Positions 14,330 through 39,297 of a stretch of 64,000 nucleotides of DNA are shown in pieces. The translations under genes were made by a program, and so were the position numbers. This DNA is from the human T2T-CHM13v2.0 reference genome, Homo sapiens. The stretch is from assembly GCF_009914755.1 (NCBI RefSeq), contig NC_060927.1, one strand, 5' to 3'. Within the stretch, counting starts at the first letter, position 1, and the number at the start of each line of letters is the position of its first letter. The notes below the pieces were generated by a model. The model was not told the DNA's origin, did not search any database, and saw nothing but the letters and a program-made list of their open reading frames with translations.

Positions 14330-16839
14330 TGGGAAGAGGGATTTCCAACTCCACCTGTAAGATGTACTTAGTTCAGGGGGCAAGAAGCAGAGGTAAGACT
14401 CAGGAAGTGTCCCACCCTTTGGGAGGTGCTGCCAGCTTCTCCTCCTGTGTCCTATGCCCTGTGAGAATGCACTGGCCCACCTTGCCCAAAGTAACCTCCT
14501 CTCCCAGCCCACTTGCCCTAGCCCTGTCCAGACCCCATCAGCTCTTGCTTGCTGGGCATGGATTGACAAGCTGTCAGGCAGGCTGAGCTGAGCTAGGGCT
14601 CATGGAGGTAGGAACTTCAGACCCTTTCTGCCATTTTTGAATTTGGCTTTAAAGAGGCACAAATATTGTGTTTTAACAATTCAAATTTTCTTTCTGGCAA
14701 TGATTTGCTAGCAATGTGAGTCAGCTTCCTTAAGGTCCACTTTTCCTTTCTGGAATTTAAACTGAAACTGAAAGTTGGCAACAGTGTCTTCCTCTCCAGG
14801 CCAATCCCTGCAGTGGGATGTGGGTCTCCTTGATGACGGCCCCTCTGTCCACACCAAAACCCTTGCCGACCATTGCAAAAGGCTGAGAGTTTTGAATTCT
14901 CTGTCCCTAAGAAAGAAAGGAAAACAGGGAGATCTTCACGATTATAAACTGAACCCTGGAACACCCCTCCTGTCCTTCCCCGAACAGGCCTGTGCCCCCT
15001 GCTCATTCTCCAGGTGCACCCCAAATCAAGAAAGCCCAAATTCCAGTGATGAGACTGGGTGCTTCCACTTGGAAGCTGAGAGACATCTTCTGTCTTCTGC
15101 TTCCCTGCAGGTCTTGGGCCTCCAATTAGTGGAGAGGGAAAGTGTCGCAGACGTGGGTGTGGCAGGAGCCCAGGTGGAGCCTCTGGTGGAGCGGAGGAGA
15201 GAGATGATGCTGCCTTTCCCAAGAACAAGCTCACAGTGCTGCCCAAAAGGCTCCTGGAGAGGTGACTTTGCCCAACAGGCCCCAAGTTGCTTACTTTCTC
15301 AGTCCTCAGGTTTTCACAGGGAAGAGACCCGCCACCCTCACTGCCCCCACCTCACCCAGGAGGACTGAGACTTCATTTGCTCTTCTCCTCCTTCGCTGGG
15401 TCCATTCCACAGTGCTAGTCTGAGAGGTGTGGTGTTGGGGGAAGACATAAAGGAGGTGTTTAGCCTTCTGAGGTGTGGTAGGGTAGGGGTGTTGATAAAG
15501 CCAGAGCCCCTCCTGTAAGGTAGGACTGGGTTCAGGGGACACTGACTTGGATTCTAATGCCTGAGGCCTCAGGGAAGGGCTCTGATCTCAGGCAAGACAG
15601 GGCTGGGCTCGGGGAGGAGCTGGATCCCTGAATTTTTGTGAGGAGATGTTTATTTCATGAATGTGTGTGTATGAGGTCCCTCTGTATCCCCGCCAATACT
15701 CTGGGCCTGTCTCTGTGACTCACTCATAGTAGAAGGGGAGGGTGTGGTTGGTGGGGTTTGGTTGAGCTTACCGTGCCCCCAGGGGATGAGAGAGGCACTC
15801 TTGGGGAACCCCCAGTAGGCGGGGTGCTGGTCTCTCTCTACCTCCTGCATCTGCCTGGTGGTGCCTCCTCTGGATCCCCAGCATCTCCTCGTTTCTTCAG
15901 GCCTCCCCCTTCTCCCTTGAGCCCTTATGTCCCATGTGATATTTTAGCTAGTTCCCATCCCATCCAAGGAGGCTGCTATCTGGCTCTGGCTGGGAAATAA
16001 ACATGTGCTTTTGCTACCAACATCAGAATTGGGTTGTTTGTCTCAAAAGAGCACCATACTGGGGCAGCAGGTGAAGCACAGGAAGTTCTGGAAAACATCA
16101 ACTGTCACACTCATCTCCAGGGAGAATATCCTTATAGGAACCCTGTGGAGAGGCCAGTGTGCATCTGTGAGAGGCAGGTGGGAAATTCACAGGATCTGAG
16201 TCAGGAGAGGAGGGTGACTACTCAGAGGGGTTCAAAGCAACACTTGTTATTCCTAGAGGGGTGTTTTTAAATGTGGCAGAGAAGGCCCAGTGTGGAGGCT
16301 GTTGGCCAAGGAGCTGGTCCAGTAGCCCTGAGGAATGGTGGCAGGGATTTCTGAGAAGGGTGGGGTTCTCAGCTCCAGCTGGTCAGGCCAGCTGTCTGGA
16401 AGGGTGGGAGCTTCTTGCACCAGTGTGTGGGGGTGCAAGCATCTGTCCCAGGTACCCAACAGCCCCTGGGAAGGGTGTTAGGCCCCTCTGCACCCCCACT
16501 AATGCTCTGGGCCTGTCTCTGTGACTCATAATAGGAGGGGAGGTGTGGTGGGGGCCATGTCTGCCCGGCAGGGCTGAAGTTATTTCTTTAGATCTCTCAA
16601 TGACCCACAGAAGTGCATTCAGAGGCCTCTTCCCTGCTGCAAACAGACTCTAGACAAATGTAGAAGAGAGAAAATTGAGACAAGTGTGTCTTCCAGCTCT
16701 CCATCAGTAGGGGAGAAGACTCCATGACCCCCTTAGGGTGTATCAAGAGACTCCCTGTGCCACAGGCATCAACAAATCCACACAGGGCCTGGTGAGGGGA
16801 GATGTTTTCCCTGAAACTTCAGAAATATTCCTACACCAT

Positions 16840-17143
<304 letters not shown>

Positions 17144-17469
17144 CTACACCAAGAGCAGGCCCATCTGCAGGTACCAGAAGACTTTTGAGTCATTTTTGAA
17201 ATTCACTTATTATACAATTTAGAAGATCTCAACCCACATATAACTAAGAAGTATGTGATATATCCTCATAGAGTTTAAGTATATAAATATATATACGCAC
17301 ACATACATAATTTTCTAAAATAATGCTATGTGTTGAACTGTTTTTGATATTTCCTTCCTCCCTGAGGTCGTAGAGTTTTTGTTCTTTTGACACCTTGGTT
17401 GACTTTATCATTTTATCACCTGAGTATGCCTCTTCAATTCATACATTGTTTTATTTTCCTGTTTTTTTA

Positions 17470-18680
<1,211 letters not shown>

Positions 18681-19373
18681 AGTTGGGCCAGCTGGTTTTT
18701 CACCTTCCTATAAATGGAATAATTGCACATCTTTTTGTGTGACTTGCCTCTTTCCCTCAGTGTTGTCTCTGTGCTTTTCATTCCTGGTCACCATGCTCCT
18801 GCAGGGTCTTCATGACATCAGTGTACTGCAATGGCCATTTGGACTGTTCCAGTTTTTGGCCATTATTAACTTGGTCACTTTGAACATTTTTGATAGATTA
18901 GATTAGATAGATTTTTACTCCTTAAAATAAGGAATAAAATAAATGGGCCTGCTCTTGGTGTGGGAATATTTTTTTAAGGATTTGGCTTAAAAAGTCCTTT
19001 ATTTTAAGGAATTGGCTCATGTGCGGGTACAAGTCCAAAATCTGCAGGGTAGGCTGCTAGGAAACAGTTGAAGTTTGTCTCCCAAAGACAATCTTATGGC
19101 AGGATTCTTTCCTGCTTGGTCTGGAACTTTGGAATGGCTTCCACCAATAGGCCCTTCCTCAAGGACTTAAAGCTTTTACTGCTTAGCTGAGAGCAGTGAC
19201 TAACGAACTCAAAAGCACTCCTTCTAACACCTTCTTTTCTATTTGGAAAACAGTTTCATAATGTACAAAACATGCTTACTGCAGCAGGATACATAAAAGA
19301 TTAATGTTATCTTTGCTATCTGTTGAGTGAGAATGGAGAATCATCATTCATTTGTCCTTTTTCCCCCTAAGTT

Positions 19374-19587
19374 CCTCCCTCTCTCCCTCCCTCCCTCCCT
19401 CCCTGGGCGACAAGAATGAAACTCCCGAAAGAAAAGAAAAGAAAAGAAAAGAAGGAAGGAAGAGAGGAAGGAAGGAAGGAGGGAGGGAAGGAAGGAAGGA
19501 AGGAAGGAAGGAAGGGAGGGAGGGAGGGAGGGAGGGAGGGAGGGAGGGAGGAAGGAAGGAAGAAAGGGAGGGAGGGAGGGAGGGAGG
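19374..19587. repeat. (CCCT)n, 25 bp Alu 3' remnant, then (GAAA)/(GGAA)/(GGGA)n polypurine tract
   Basis: Directly visible. Confidence 0.9.
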
Positions 19588-19857
19588 GGCCAGGCACAGT
19601 GGCTCACGCCTATAATCCCAGCAATTTGGGAAGCCAAGGTGGGTGGATCACTTGAGGTCAGGAGTTTGAGACCAGCCTGGGAATGTGACAAAGCCCCGTC
19701 TCTATGAAAAATACAAAAATTAGCCAGGCGTAGTGTCGCATGCCTGTAATCCTAGCTACTTGAGTGGCTAAGGCACAAAATAGCTTGAATCTGGGAGACA
19801 GAGGTTGCAGCCTGGGTGACAGAGTGAGACTCTGTCTCAAAAGAAAAAAAAAAAAAG
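19588..19857 (+). mobile_element. AluS with internal right-arm deletion
   Basis: gaggttgcag joined directly to cctgggtgacag. Confidence 0.9.
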
Positions 19858-19963
19858 GAAGGAAGAAGGAAAAGAAAGAAAGAAAGACAGCCATAGTCAA
19901 GTTCAATTCCAGACAATGGCAATGATTTATTTATAAACATTGCATATTTTGTCAGAATTTAAA

Positions 19964-20309
19964 ATGAAACTGGTAGGCCTCCGAGAGTTTCACTTTATTT
20001 GCAAGATAAGGGATTTGTTTATGTGATCTCCAAGTTTTATTTCCTCCCAAATAGTACGTGGATGACCGGGCAACAGAGTTCCCCAAATGATCTGATAAAA
20101 CTTCATGTGGGAACCAGCGAAGAAAGTGAGGCTGCCTCCCAGGGTCAGTCAGCTGCATGGAGGCAGGATGAAGACTGGTACCTGCACCTCTGAAAAGAAG
20201 GGCAAAGCCTTCTGTGCATTGCACTTCCAGGCATGGATCACACTAATGCAGCCTGGTTCATTTCTCCCTAGCTGTGCCTTCAACAGCAGCTGACAGGTGA
20301 TGGGACAAG
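19964..20309. repeat. Local duplication copy 1 (partner 23047-23391)
   Basis: Hand alignment gives about 38 differences in 346 bp. Confidence 0.95.
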
Positions 20310-21015
20310 GTCTCTAAAAAATTTCATATGGGGGTCAGGCTGCAGGGTAGAGCAAAGGTTGTCGAGGTCTGAAAAACCTCTGACTACACCGGCCTCCAAG
20401 CCTGCTCAGATGGCCCACACACTCGGGGAGCTCTTCTCAGTCACATCAGGTCAGTGCTGTTTTTTATGAGTCCTTGAACTGTGCATGTTTCTCATCATCC
20501 ATGCTAATCTAATGTGGGCTCCAGAAGATAATCATTGTAACGAGAGGATGCTTAATGTTGTGATTGAAAAAAATGTAAGGCCTACAGCTTATGGATTATA
20601 TAATAATGTAATAGTTATTGATTCAATCATTCATTTACCCCAAATCTATGCAACTGGGAACCCATAATGAGCCAAACTTTTTGCTAATTACTAGGGCAAT
20701 AATGGCCAGAATTAAGTAATTTCAGATAATAAATCACCTTTGCTCAGCTTTGGGACTAAACCCTCTGTGAAACCAGCAGACAATGTCATCATTTTCTCCT
20801 GCTTCCCTCTCCAGATTCATTCCATTTTCTTCCTATTAAAATTCTACCCTCTAGGCATGCAGCTCACCTTGAGGGTCCCTGATCACTCTCCCTTCTAGGA
20901 CTTCACAGACACTCTCCTCTTTTCTCTGCAGCTTTTTGTTCCATTTTTGCATATGGCAGCTTGGACAGTTTTCTTTGGAGAGTGGGAAGAATAACATATT
21001 TTTGTTTTATTATTA

Positions 21016-22347
<1,332 letters not shown>

Positions 22348-23046
22348 TAAAGATATTCTTGAAAAAATCATAATTGCAGTTGTTTACATTGTTGTGTTGC
22401 CAGCTCTCAGTTATTATGCTCATATTCTTTATTCTATGTAATATGTGTGGAAAAAATTTAAATCCTAGGTTGCTCCTGGCGTAACTCTGTAGACTCAACA
22501 TCTGGAACTCTTTCTCTATTTTCAAGTTAATGTATTCTCAGAGCATGCAAAATAATTTGAATGACTGCCTAAGGAAGCACTAATACATGCTAAAACATTA
22601 CGTTTTCTATAGCTAAAGAGCCCTTTGCAGCCACAGTTTTTTCAAATATTCCTAGAAAACAAGATCTGGCTGAACTGAAAATACTGATAGTATAATCAAT
22701 AAGTTAGACTTGTTAAACAAAGAGTAAAGAAATGCAACATCTGAATTCTTTAAAGCCACAAGCCAGAGGAACAGATCTAAAGCACTGACTACTTAAAGCA
22801 TTTTCTATCTTCAAACTTCTAGAAAAACAAATATTACAGAAGCCTTCTGTTCTATTTCACAAATCCTGACTGGTTTGAAGTGAAAGGAAATCAAGACACT
22901 AAACAAGTCAAGAAAAAAACCTTAAATACCATAAAATATTTATTAAAAAGACATTATAATTTGCAATGTATTTTGCAGGGAAAAAATGGAAGCAGGAATT
23001 GAATGCCTAGCTTTGAAAAATGGAAGCAGGAATTGAATGCCTAGCT

Positions 23047-23391
23047 ATGAAACCAGTAGGCCTCTGAGAGTTTCACTGTATTTGCAAAATAAGGGATTTG
23101 GTTACATGATCTCCAAGTTTTATTTTCTGCCAAATAGTCCGTGGGTAACCAGGCTTCAGAGTTCCCCAAATGGTCTGATGAAACCCAATGTGGGAATGGA
23201 CAAAGAAGTAAGGCTGCCTCCCAGGGTCACTCAGCTGCATGGTGACAGGATGGAGGCTGGTGCCTGCACCTCTGAAAAGAAGGGCAAAGCCTTCTTTGCA
23301 TTGCACTTCCAGGCATGGATCACACTGATGCAGCCTGGTTCATTTATCCCTAGCTGTGCCTTCAACAGCAGCTGACAGATGATGGGACAAG
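23047..23391. repeat. Local duplication copy 2 (partner 19964-20309)
   Basis: See copy 1; immediately preceded by a 2 x 31 bp tandem repeat (22982-23046). Confidence 0.95.
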
Positions 23392-23950
23392 TTCTGATAC
23401 AACTCACAGCCCTAAGCATGATTGGGACCTGCAGTGCTCAAATCTGTACAAAGGTTAGTGGGATTGGTAATTAGAATGCAAAGTTATACTCTGTGTGATT
23501 AACAAAGATGCTGCAGATGCTGATAGATGTGACAAGCTCCTTATTTGCATGCCTGGATGCTAGCCCTCCCTTTCACTGTTTAGTTTTTCCAATCTCTGGT
23601 TCCATGAGACCAAGTCTTTAGCTTCACCTATAATGACTTTGCTCTACTATGTATCACTGGAATTGGGCATGAATATATTTGAAATCTCCAAATGTTCAAG
23701 CATAACATTTTTTTTCCTTTAGTAATCAAAGAGACTGTTACACATTTATACAATCTATTATATGCTATGTGCATAATCTGTCCATGTTATTATTAAAAAT
23801 AGAATATTTCTCACAACTAATAATAAACTAAAATGGAAAGACTGGATAACATTCAATTTCTTATTGATTTAGTCTCTGAATGATTTTCCTTTAATAAAAG
23901 TATCATGTTTGTTAATGATTCCATTCATAATCTCTCTTTTAGAAAACATA

Positions 23951-24259
<309 letters not shown>

Positions 24260-25514
24260 TCATACAGAGGCTACATAAAATTTCCAGTGTTAGAACAAAG
24301 CCACTAATACCCAAATGTGGTCCTTTGCTCCCTTGGCATTGGAAGTTGTGGGCCTGTCACCCCTGGACTCCTGGGGTTGTGTGCAGAAGGGGGTGACCTG
24401 TAGAGCATTGCTGGTCCTGCACTGGAAAGTGATGGAAGTCTGAGATGAGGAAAACAGGGCAGACTCCCTCATTGCTGGAGGACAGTGGCGTGGTCGCCAT
24501 TTCACAGTGCTGTTGGAAGAGGCATCTGTTGGAGCTCTGCAGAGGCTGGAAGAGTTCCCTGAGCCCATAGTTCTTACCTGGGTCTGCGGTCAAGAGCAGC
24601 ACTGTGATGCGACGCTTCACTGAAGGGCATCCTGATGCCTAGTTGAGGACATCAGGGGAGCCAGGGCTCCCTCTGCAGGGAGGGAATGGGGCAGGGAGAG
24701 AGAGAGAGAACTGGGTCTATCCTGTGAGCACCTCTGTCCTGGGCACTGGGTCCTCTCTGCACCCACTCCTCTCTTCCCATCAACCCCTGAATAGGGCTCC
24801 AGAGGCCAGAACTGGAATGGGGAATCTGTGTCCCTACTCATTCCTTCAGACCCAGCTTGGAAATCTTTTCCCAAGAAGATTTTCAGGCTCCCAGCTCCCT
24901 GCTGAATGAAATGCCCTCTTCTACGTTCTTACAGCATCCTTTGCTAACACTTTTGAAAGCCTTTAACCTGGCACATGAGCTGTCTCTGGCTCTTTGAGGC
25001 CAAAAACTTTGTGGTATTCATCTCTTTGTCCCCAGAGATTCACATAAGACTTAGTCCATGGTCCTTTTTTTGATTGCCGATGGAAAAACAAACAAACGAA
25101 TGAATGAATGAATATAATCCAATGACTTGCTTTTTGTCCTTTGCCATAAGAAAGGAAGGAAGAAAGTGATTTGAAATTTAAAAGGCCACCAGTCCTGGAA
25201 ACCCAGAGGTATGTCCCGATGTGCCCATTTCAGTGGCAGAAGCAGTACAGGATTCAGTGTGGGCTCAGGAGCCAAAAAGCTCAGGTTTAAATCCAGGTGT
25301 TGCCGTTTGGTCTTGTGATCCTTGGGACGTGATCTAACTTCTCTGTGCTTGGTTTCTCCTTGTGTAAATTAGAGAATAGTAGTGCCATATCATGGGGTTG
25401 TCAGGAGAATCAAATGAATTAATATATCTAGAGCCCTTAGAATATTTTCTGGCATGCAGCAGCGCTCCAAACATGTCAGCTGTTGCTGCACTACAGTTTT
25501 TAATACGCGATCAT

Positions 25515-25806
<292 letters not shown>

Positions 25807-26464
25807 AATATGCGATCATTCTTAATGCCCAAGCAGAGATGAGGGTTAGGCCAGGAACTGCACTCTCCTTCATAGTTTATCACTAAACACAGTTCAACCA
25901 TGAAAAGAAAAAGAAAAGAAAACCTGTTTCACTCAAAATTAGATAATTTCCTCCAGAGAGTAATAAATGAGAGACTGTCTTAACTTGATTAAAGGAAGCT
26001 TCAAGAAAATGAGTGTAAACCTCTTACTTAATGATAAAACAGTAGACTGCTTCCCAAGATAAAAACGAATGTTACTTAGGCTGCAAGGATAAATGACAGA
26101 TGAGTTGAGAGTGCTGCATAAAGGGCCAGAAATGGGCAAATTCCAGACAGAAGATTGGCTGACCAAATTGATGACCCCCATTTCATAAGGTATTGTGTCC
26201 TAGCAAGTGGGGAGATAAGACATGAGAGAAGTCCCTGATACAACTGCTTTGAGTGAAGGGCTCACATATACCCTTTTCTTTCCTTTTTTATAACTTTGAA
26301 AAGTCATCTTTTAAAATTTCAAATTTTGACCATCAACATAAAATATTCAAGACACTTGGTACTATATAATATATAGGCAACAGAAGAGGAGAAACCCTAT
26401 TTTAAGTGTGTAAATATCATCTGCCACATTAAGGTAGGGATTTCTCATATCAATTCTACATAGT

Positions 26465-26602
26465 GCTAATTTTTGTATTTTTAGTAGAGTTGGGGTTCCA
26501 CCCTATTGGCCAGGCTGGTCTCGAACTCTTGACCTCAAGTGATCCTCCCTCCTCAGCCTCCCAAAGTGCTGGGACTACAGACGTGAGCCACTGCGCCAGG
26601 CC
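26465..26602 (-). mobile_element. Alu left-arm fragment
   Basis: gctaatttttgtatttttagtag through gagccactgcgcc. Confidence 0.9.
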
Positions 26603-26754
26603 AAAACACAAGTCTTTTAGAAATGTTTAAATAGCTCATCTGATCACAGTATCACCATGTGAATATTTTCTAACTTTTCCAACTTAATTCTATATTGAAA
26701 AATAAGTTGCTTGGCCTGGAATAGTCCCTAGATACCTGTAAGAACAATTTTTTA

Positions 26755-26990
26755 AAAAATTAATATTATTTTAAATAAATTACAGTTGTATACATTTAAG
26801 GGATACACTGTGATGTTTTGATATAGGTATACCATGTGGAATAATTAAATCAAGCTAATTAACATATCTGTCATCTCACTTATTTTTTCAGAGGAGATAT
26901 TTGAAATTTACCCTCTTAGTTATTTTGAAATATACATTGTTATTGACTATAATCACCCTGATGTGCAGTACATCTCAAAACTTACTCCTT
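26755..26990 (-). mobile_element. L1MA 3' end fragment
   Basis: aatcaagctaattaacatatc..tttgaaatttaccctcttag..ttattgactata..tctcaaaacttactcct. Confidence 0.75.
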
Positions 26991-28201
26991 AAATAAGTTA
27001 AGTGGGGAAGTGAGACAAGGGTGGAAATAGGCCAATAAAGGGTACATTTCTGAGACAGTAAAGCTGTGGTCAACTGGGGTTTCACACACTGGGAGCTCAG
27101 GGAAGCCATGCAGAATTGAAAGCAAGCAGCGAGTGGGCAGATGGGGAAAATGATGAACAAGTTCCTTCGATTTGGTGATCATTGTGTTGTACTGAAAGCT
27201 TCAAAAATGGAAGTTTTTGGGTGCTCCATTCACTGAATATTTTGATTAAATGGTTTCAATGGGTTTTAAGCAAAAACAAATCAAAAATTAAAATAAATAT
27301 TTTATAAAAATGAGTAGGGGCACAGTTTGATTTACACAGTAGTTTTTCAAAGGTTCAAAAATTTCTAAAATCTGATGATCAGTACCAAACTTCAAATAAA
27401 AAGTGAGCAAAATTCATTTAAAAGAACAGTCATTAAATAGAAAGTCACCTTCCTGGTGTGATCTGTAAATGCGTGTTCTGTAGCTGCACATTTTAAACTG
27501 TCATTTTAGGGCACAGTCTTCTTAAAATACCTACTTATTTTTGGAGTGGACATTGAGGCTTCCTCAGCAGATTTCTATCTCTTTTGGGGAATGTGGGAGG
27601 TGGGAGGATCAGTGAATCACCACAGCTCCCACATGGAAAGTAAAAGCTTATAGACAATTTGTGCAAGTTCCATAGTCATCTCCAACTTTTTGGAGAAACG
27701 GATTTAACACCTAATTTTCTATTAACCTTGATTTTCATTTATTTGAGCTCATTGCTACCAAAAGCTTTATTGCAGAATGCAAAATCATTGTCAAATAATT
27801 GAATCAGTAGTTGCAGATTTACATTATGTAGAAAAATGATAAAGCCAGTGCAGCAAAAGCAGAGTACTCCGTGTTCTTGATGGGAGGATTTCTCAGCTTC
27901 TTTCTTACCTGTAATTTCCCACCTACCCCAGCAACTGACAGTCCAGCTTTTTGCATTTCACATGCTGCAGTTAATTGTCACTGTGTATCTTGTTGGTACT
28001 CACGTTGTTAGCAGGAGCAGCAGCTGGGATTGCTTTTATCAGCATCCGAGACAAGTAGGAACTGACTGTCTCTGGGCCTCATGTCCCAGCACATTCTATA
28101 ATTTTAGCAAGTGCCTTGAATGCTGTCTTTGAAATGCAGGTATTGGTTAAGCTGCTGCATTTGGAAAGAGCAGAGCAAGCAGATATGATTACTGCTGATC
28201 A

Positions 28202-28678
<477 letters not shown>

Positions 28679-28986
28679 CTTTGTCACAAAATGGACAATC
28701 TTGGACAAATGATAAACTGGAAAGGACACAGGGAAAAGAGACCTAAAATGGGTCTGTCCCAGACCGTTGGGATGTTTGCTCACCTCTGTCAAGCATGCCA
28801 TCCAGCTCCAGCGGCTTGTGGGCCTTGGTGGAGTGTGGAAGCTGATTTGGTTAATATCTCAGTCTCCAGTTGCGATGCGGCAGCGAGGACTGAAATCTTG
28901 GAAAATCCCACTCCCAAGCCCGTACTCGTTGCATACATGACACCTCCAGCCTGTGATCACTTTCAGCTGTTTCTACTGACTCATTC

Positions 28987-29005
28987 TGGCCACAAGAGGG
29001 CAGTA
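28987..29005 (+). promoter_or_regulatory. Candidate CTCF site at the 5' edge of a MIR
   Basis: TGGCCACAAGAGGGCAGTA fits the CTCF core CCACNAGRGGGCAG. Confidence 0.55.
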
Positions 29006-29206
29006 TAGCGTAGTGAGTATGAGCACAGACAGGTCAGGCTTCCCGAATTAAGATCACATTTCTTCCCATGACTTTGTGACTGGGCAAGTTACTGAAGATT
29101 TTTGAGTTTGAGTTTCAACATCTATAAAATGAGAATAATAAAAACATCAAATAGGGGTGTCGTGGGGGAACAGATGAGATAAATGCATGAAGTGCTTGAA
29201 GAATAT

Positions 29207-30503
<1,297 letters not shown>

Positions 30504-30677
30504 TCTAGCAGTCCTGCTCTGAGGTTCTCACAGTCCCACCTTCTCTCTGCAAGTAGCTGAAGAGTCAGAATGAAGAACAGGAGGAGAAGACGTGTGTCAT
30601 TGAATGTTATTTCCAATTTGAAATTTTTGCCTCAATTGAAACATTTACTTCATTTAAGATAGTGTAATTACTGATTG

Positions 30678-31050
30678 ATGCAATGGACTGAATATTTGTG
30701 TTCCCCGACTCCCACCAATTCATATGTGGATATCCTTACCCCAGCATGACAGTATTAGGAGGTGGGGCCTTTGAGAGGTGATTAGGTCATAAGGGAGAAG
30801 ACTTCATGAATGGGATTAGTGCCCTGATAAAAGGAACACCAGGAAGCTCTCTTGCTCTCTTTCTGGTATATGAGGCATAAAAAACAGTCAGCAGTCTGTA
30901 AGCCAGAAGAAGGCCCTCATCAGAACCTGGGGCCATGCGGGCATCCTTATCTCCGACTTCCAGCATCCATAACTGTGAGAAATGAATTCCTGTTGTTTGT
31001 AAGCCATCCACTCTGCGATGCTTTATTATGGCAGCCTGAATGGATGGTGA
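30678..31050 (+). mobile_element. MLT1A-type MaLR LTR
   Basis: tggactgaatatttgtgttcccc..gtattaggaggtggggcctttg..actgtgagaaatgaattcctgttgtttgtaagcc. Confidence 0.85.
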
Positions 31051-31129
31051 GAATATATTTTGTTCATCTCACTATGTTCTATTTGTCTTGCCTGTTTTTC
31101 TTTATCCACTGTTTTAGAATTAATCTTTA

Positions 31130-34430
<3,301 letters not shown>

Positions 34431-34757
34431 TGAAAGTGCTGTGGTGGGCTAAATAGTTGGTTCCCAAAGATACCCATGTCCTCATTCCTGGAACCTGTGA
34501 GTATGTTACCTTATGGGGCAAAAGGCATTTTGCAGATGTGATTAACTTAAAGATCTTGAGATGGGAAGATTATTCTGGATTATCTAGGTGGGTCCAATAT
34601 AATCAGAGGAGTGCATGTAAGAGGGAATTAGGGGTGGGAGAGAGAAAAAGATGCAAAGCAGAGGCATGTGCGGGCAAAGCAGAGAGACAGAGGGAGAAAA
34701 CAGAGAAGATGGGTACAATGCTAGCTTTGAAGACAGAGAAAGAGGTCGCAAGTCAAG

Positions 34758-37738
<2,981 letters not shown>

Positions 37739-38267
37739 GCAGCAGTGTAGGTAGCGCCTCCTGAAGAAATGCAAGTTGAAAAGGGGAACATATTATTTCC
37801 CAGTCTCCAGAAGAAACGCAGTCCTGCCGGTATCCTGATTTTAGCCCAGTGAAGCCAATTTTGGACTTCCGACCTTCAGAACTGTAAGATAATATAGCTG
37901 TTTTAGGTTGTGCTGTTTTAAGCCATTAAATTTGTGGCACTTTGTGGCATCAACAATAAGAAACTAATACACTGATCAATATACTCCTTGTTATATGATA
38001 AGGCAAAAAAACAAAAAACAAACTATGTGTACACAGTAGATCACTATTGTAGCTGGCTACCATATGAGAATCACCTCAGAAACACATTGAACGTAACTGT
38101 GATTGCTTTTTCATCATTTACTCTGTCCACTGACCTAGATTACAGAATTCTGGGTAAGACACACTCGATTTAATAATTGAAGTGTTAAAGTTTTATGGCA
38201 TGAATATTTAATACAAATAGGGGTTAATTCCAACCATGTCTTTTTCATTCCTCCTGGAGACCTGTTT

Positions 38268-38765
38268 GTATCATTGGAAATGGTCTGGCTGCTAGTTACA
38301 GAGGCCTAAACTAACAGGGGCTTAGTTAAGATAGGGGCATATTTTTCACTCGTAAAAAGTGATTCACAGGTAGGCAATCCAGAGATTGCACAGATGCTCC
38401 AGATATTTTCCGTGTTTCAGAGTCCTACGTGTGCTCTGCCTGCCTTAGTTTTTAATTCTCATGGTTACAAGATGTCCACCTTAGCGCCATAAGAAACATC
38501 CCATATTACAGGCAGGAAGAGGGGAAAAAGGGAAGGATAAAAAGGTGCCTGCCGGTGGAGCAAGTCTAACCCTGAAAGAATGTTCCTGAAGGCCCAGCAA
38601 GGCTCCCACGTGCACGTCATCACTGGGCACCAGCACGTGCAGGGAAAACTAGGCAGTGTAGGTTCTTTGTAAAGCTAAGTGCGTTGCCACTCAAGTATCA
38701 GAGGGGCTCTGGGACTTAGAAGAAAAGGTAGAGGAGGCATCAGGTAGGCAATTAGTGGTTTCTGA
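38268..38765. mobile_element. Old MaLR LTR (MLT1J-like)
   Basis: tgtatca..ggctgctagttacagaggcc..aggtaggcaatccag..ctcatggttacaagatg. Confidence 0.65.
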
Positions 38766-38985
38766 TGTGCTGTTCTTTCCAGACAGCTCAGGGTATTTGG
38801 ATGCTCTCTCCTGCCCTCCTGCTACCTAAACTTGGGTGAGACTGGTGTGTCTGGATGACAGGTTGAGAAAAATTCACGTTTATTAGTTGTTCATACTGTT
38901 CTTTGAGGAAACACAGAGGTTTTTCAGAACTGCTTTAGGGATTCCACAGACAATATATATTTTTCTTTTAAATATGAAGGTTTAG

Positions 38986-39297
38986 GCTGGGCGCAGTGGG
39001 GTTACATGCTTAATCCCTGCACTTCTAGGAGGCCACGGTGGGCGAGTCACTTGAGGTCAGGAGTTTGAGACCAGCCTGGCCAACATGGTGAAACCCCATC
39101 TCTCCTATAAACACAAAAATTATCCAGGTGTGGTGCCACGTGCCTGTAATCCCAGCTACTCAGGAGGCTGAGGCAGGAGAATCACTTAAACCAGGGAGGT
39201 GGAGGGTGGAGGTTGCACTGAGCCGAGATTACGCCACTACCCTCCAGCCTAGGGAACAGAGCAAGACTCTGTCTCAAAAAAAAAAAAAAAAAAAAAA
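38986..39297 (+). mobile_element. AluS with TSD gaaggttta
   Basis: Full dimer. Confidence 0.95.

Noticed and set aside
14617-15368. Longest non-repeat ORFs (222 aa on -, 197 aa on +)
   Set aside because: Non-ATG starts, no recognisable domain, overlapping on opposite strands; expected by chance in GC-richer DNA
19344-19691. GRE/PSL-rich ORFs
   Set aside because: Simple (GGAA)/(GGGA) repeats
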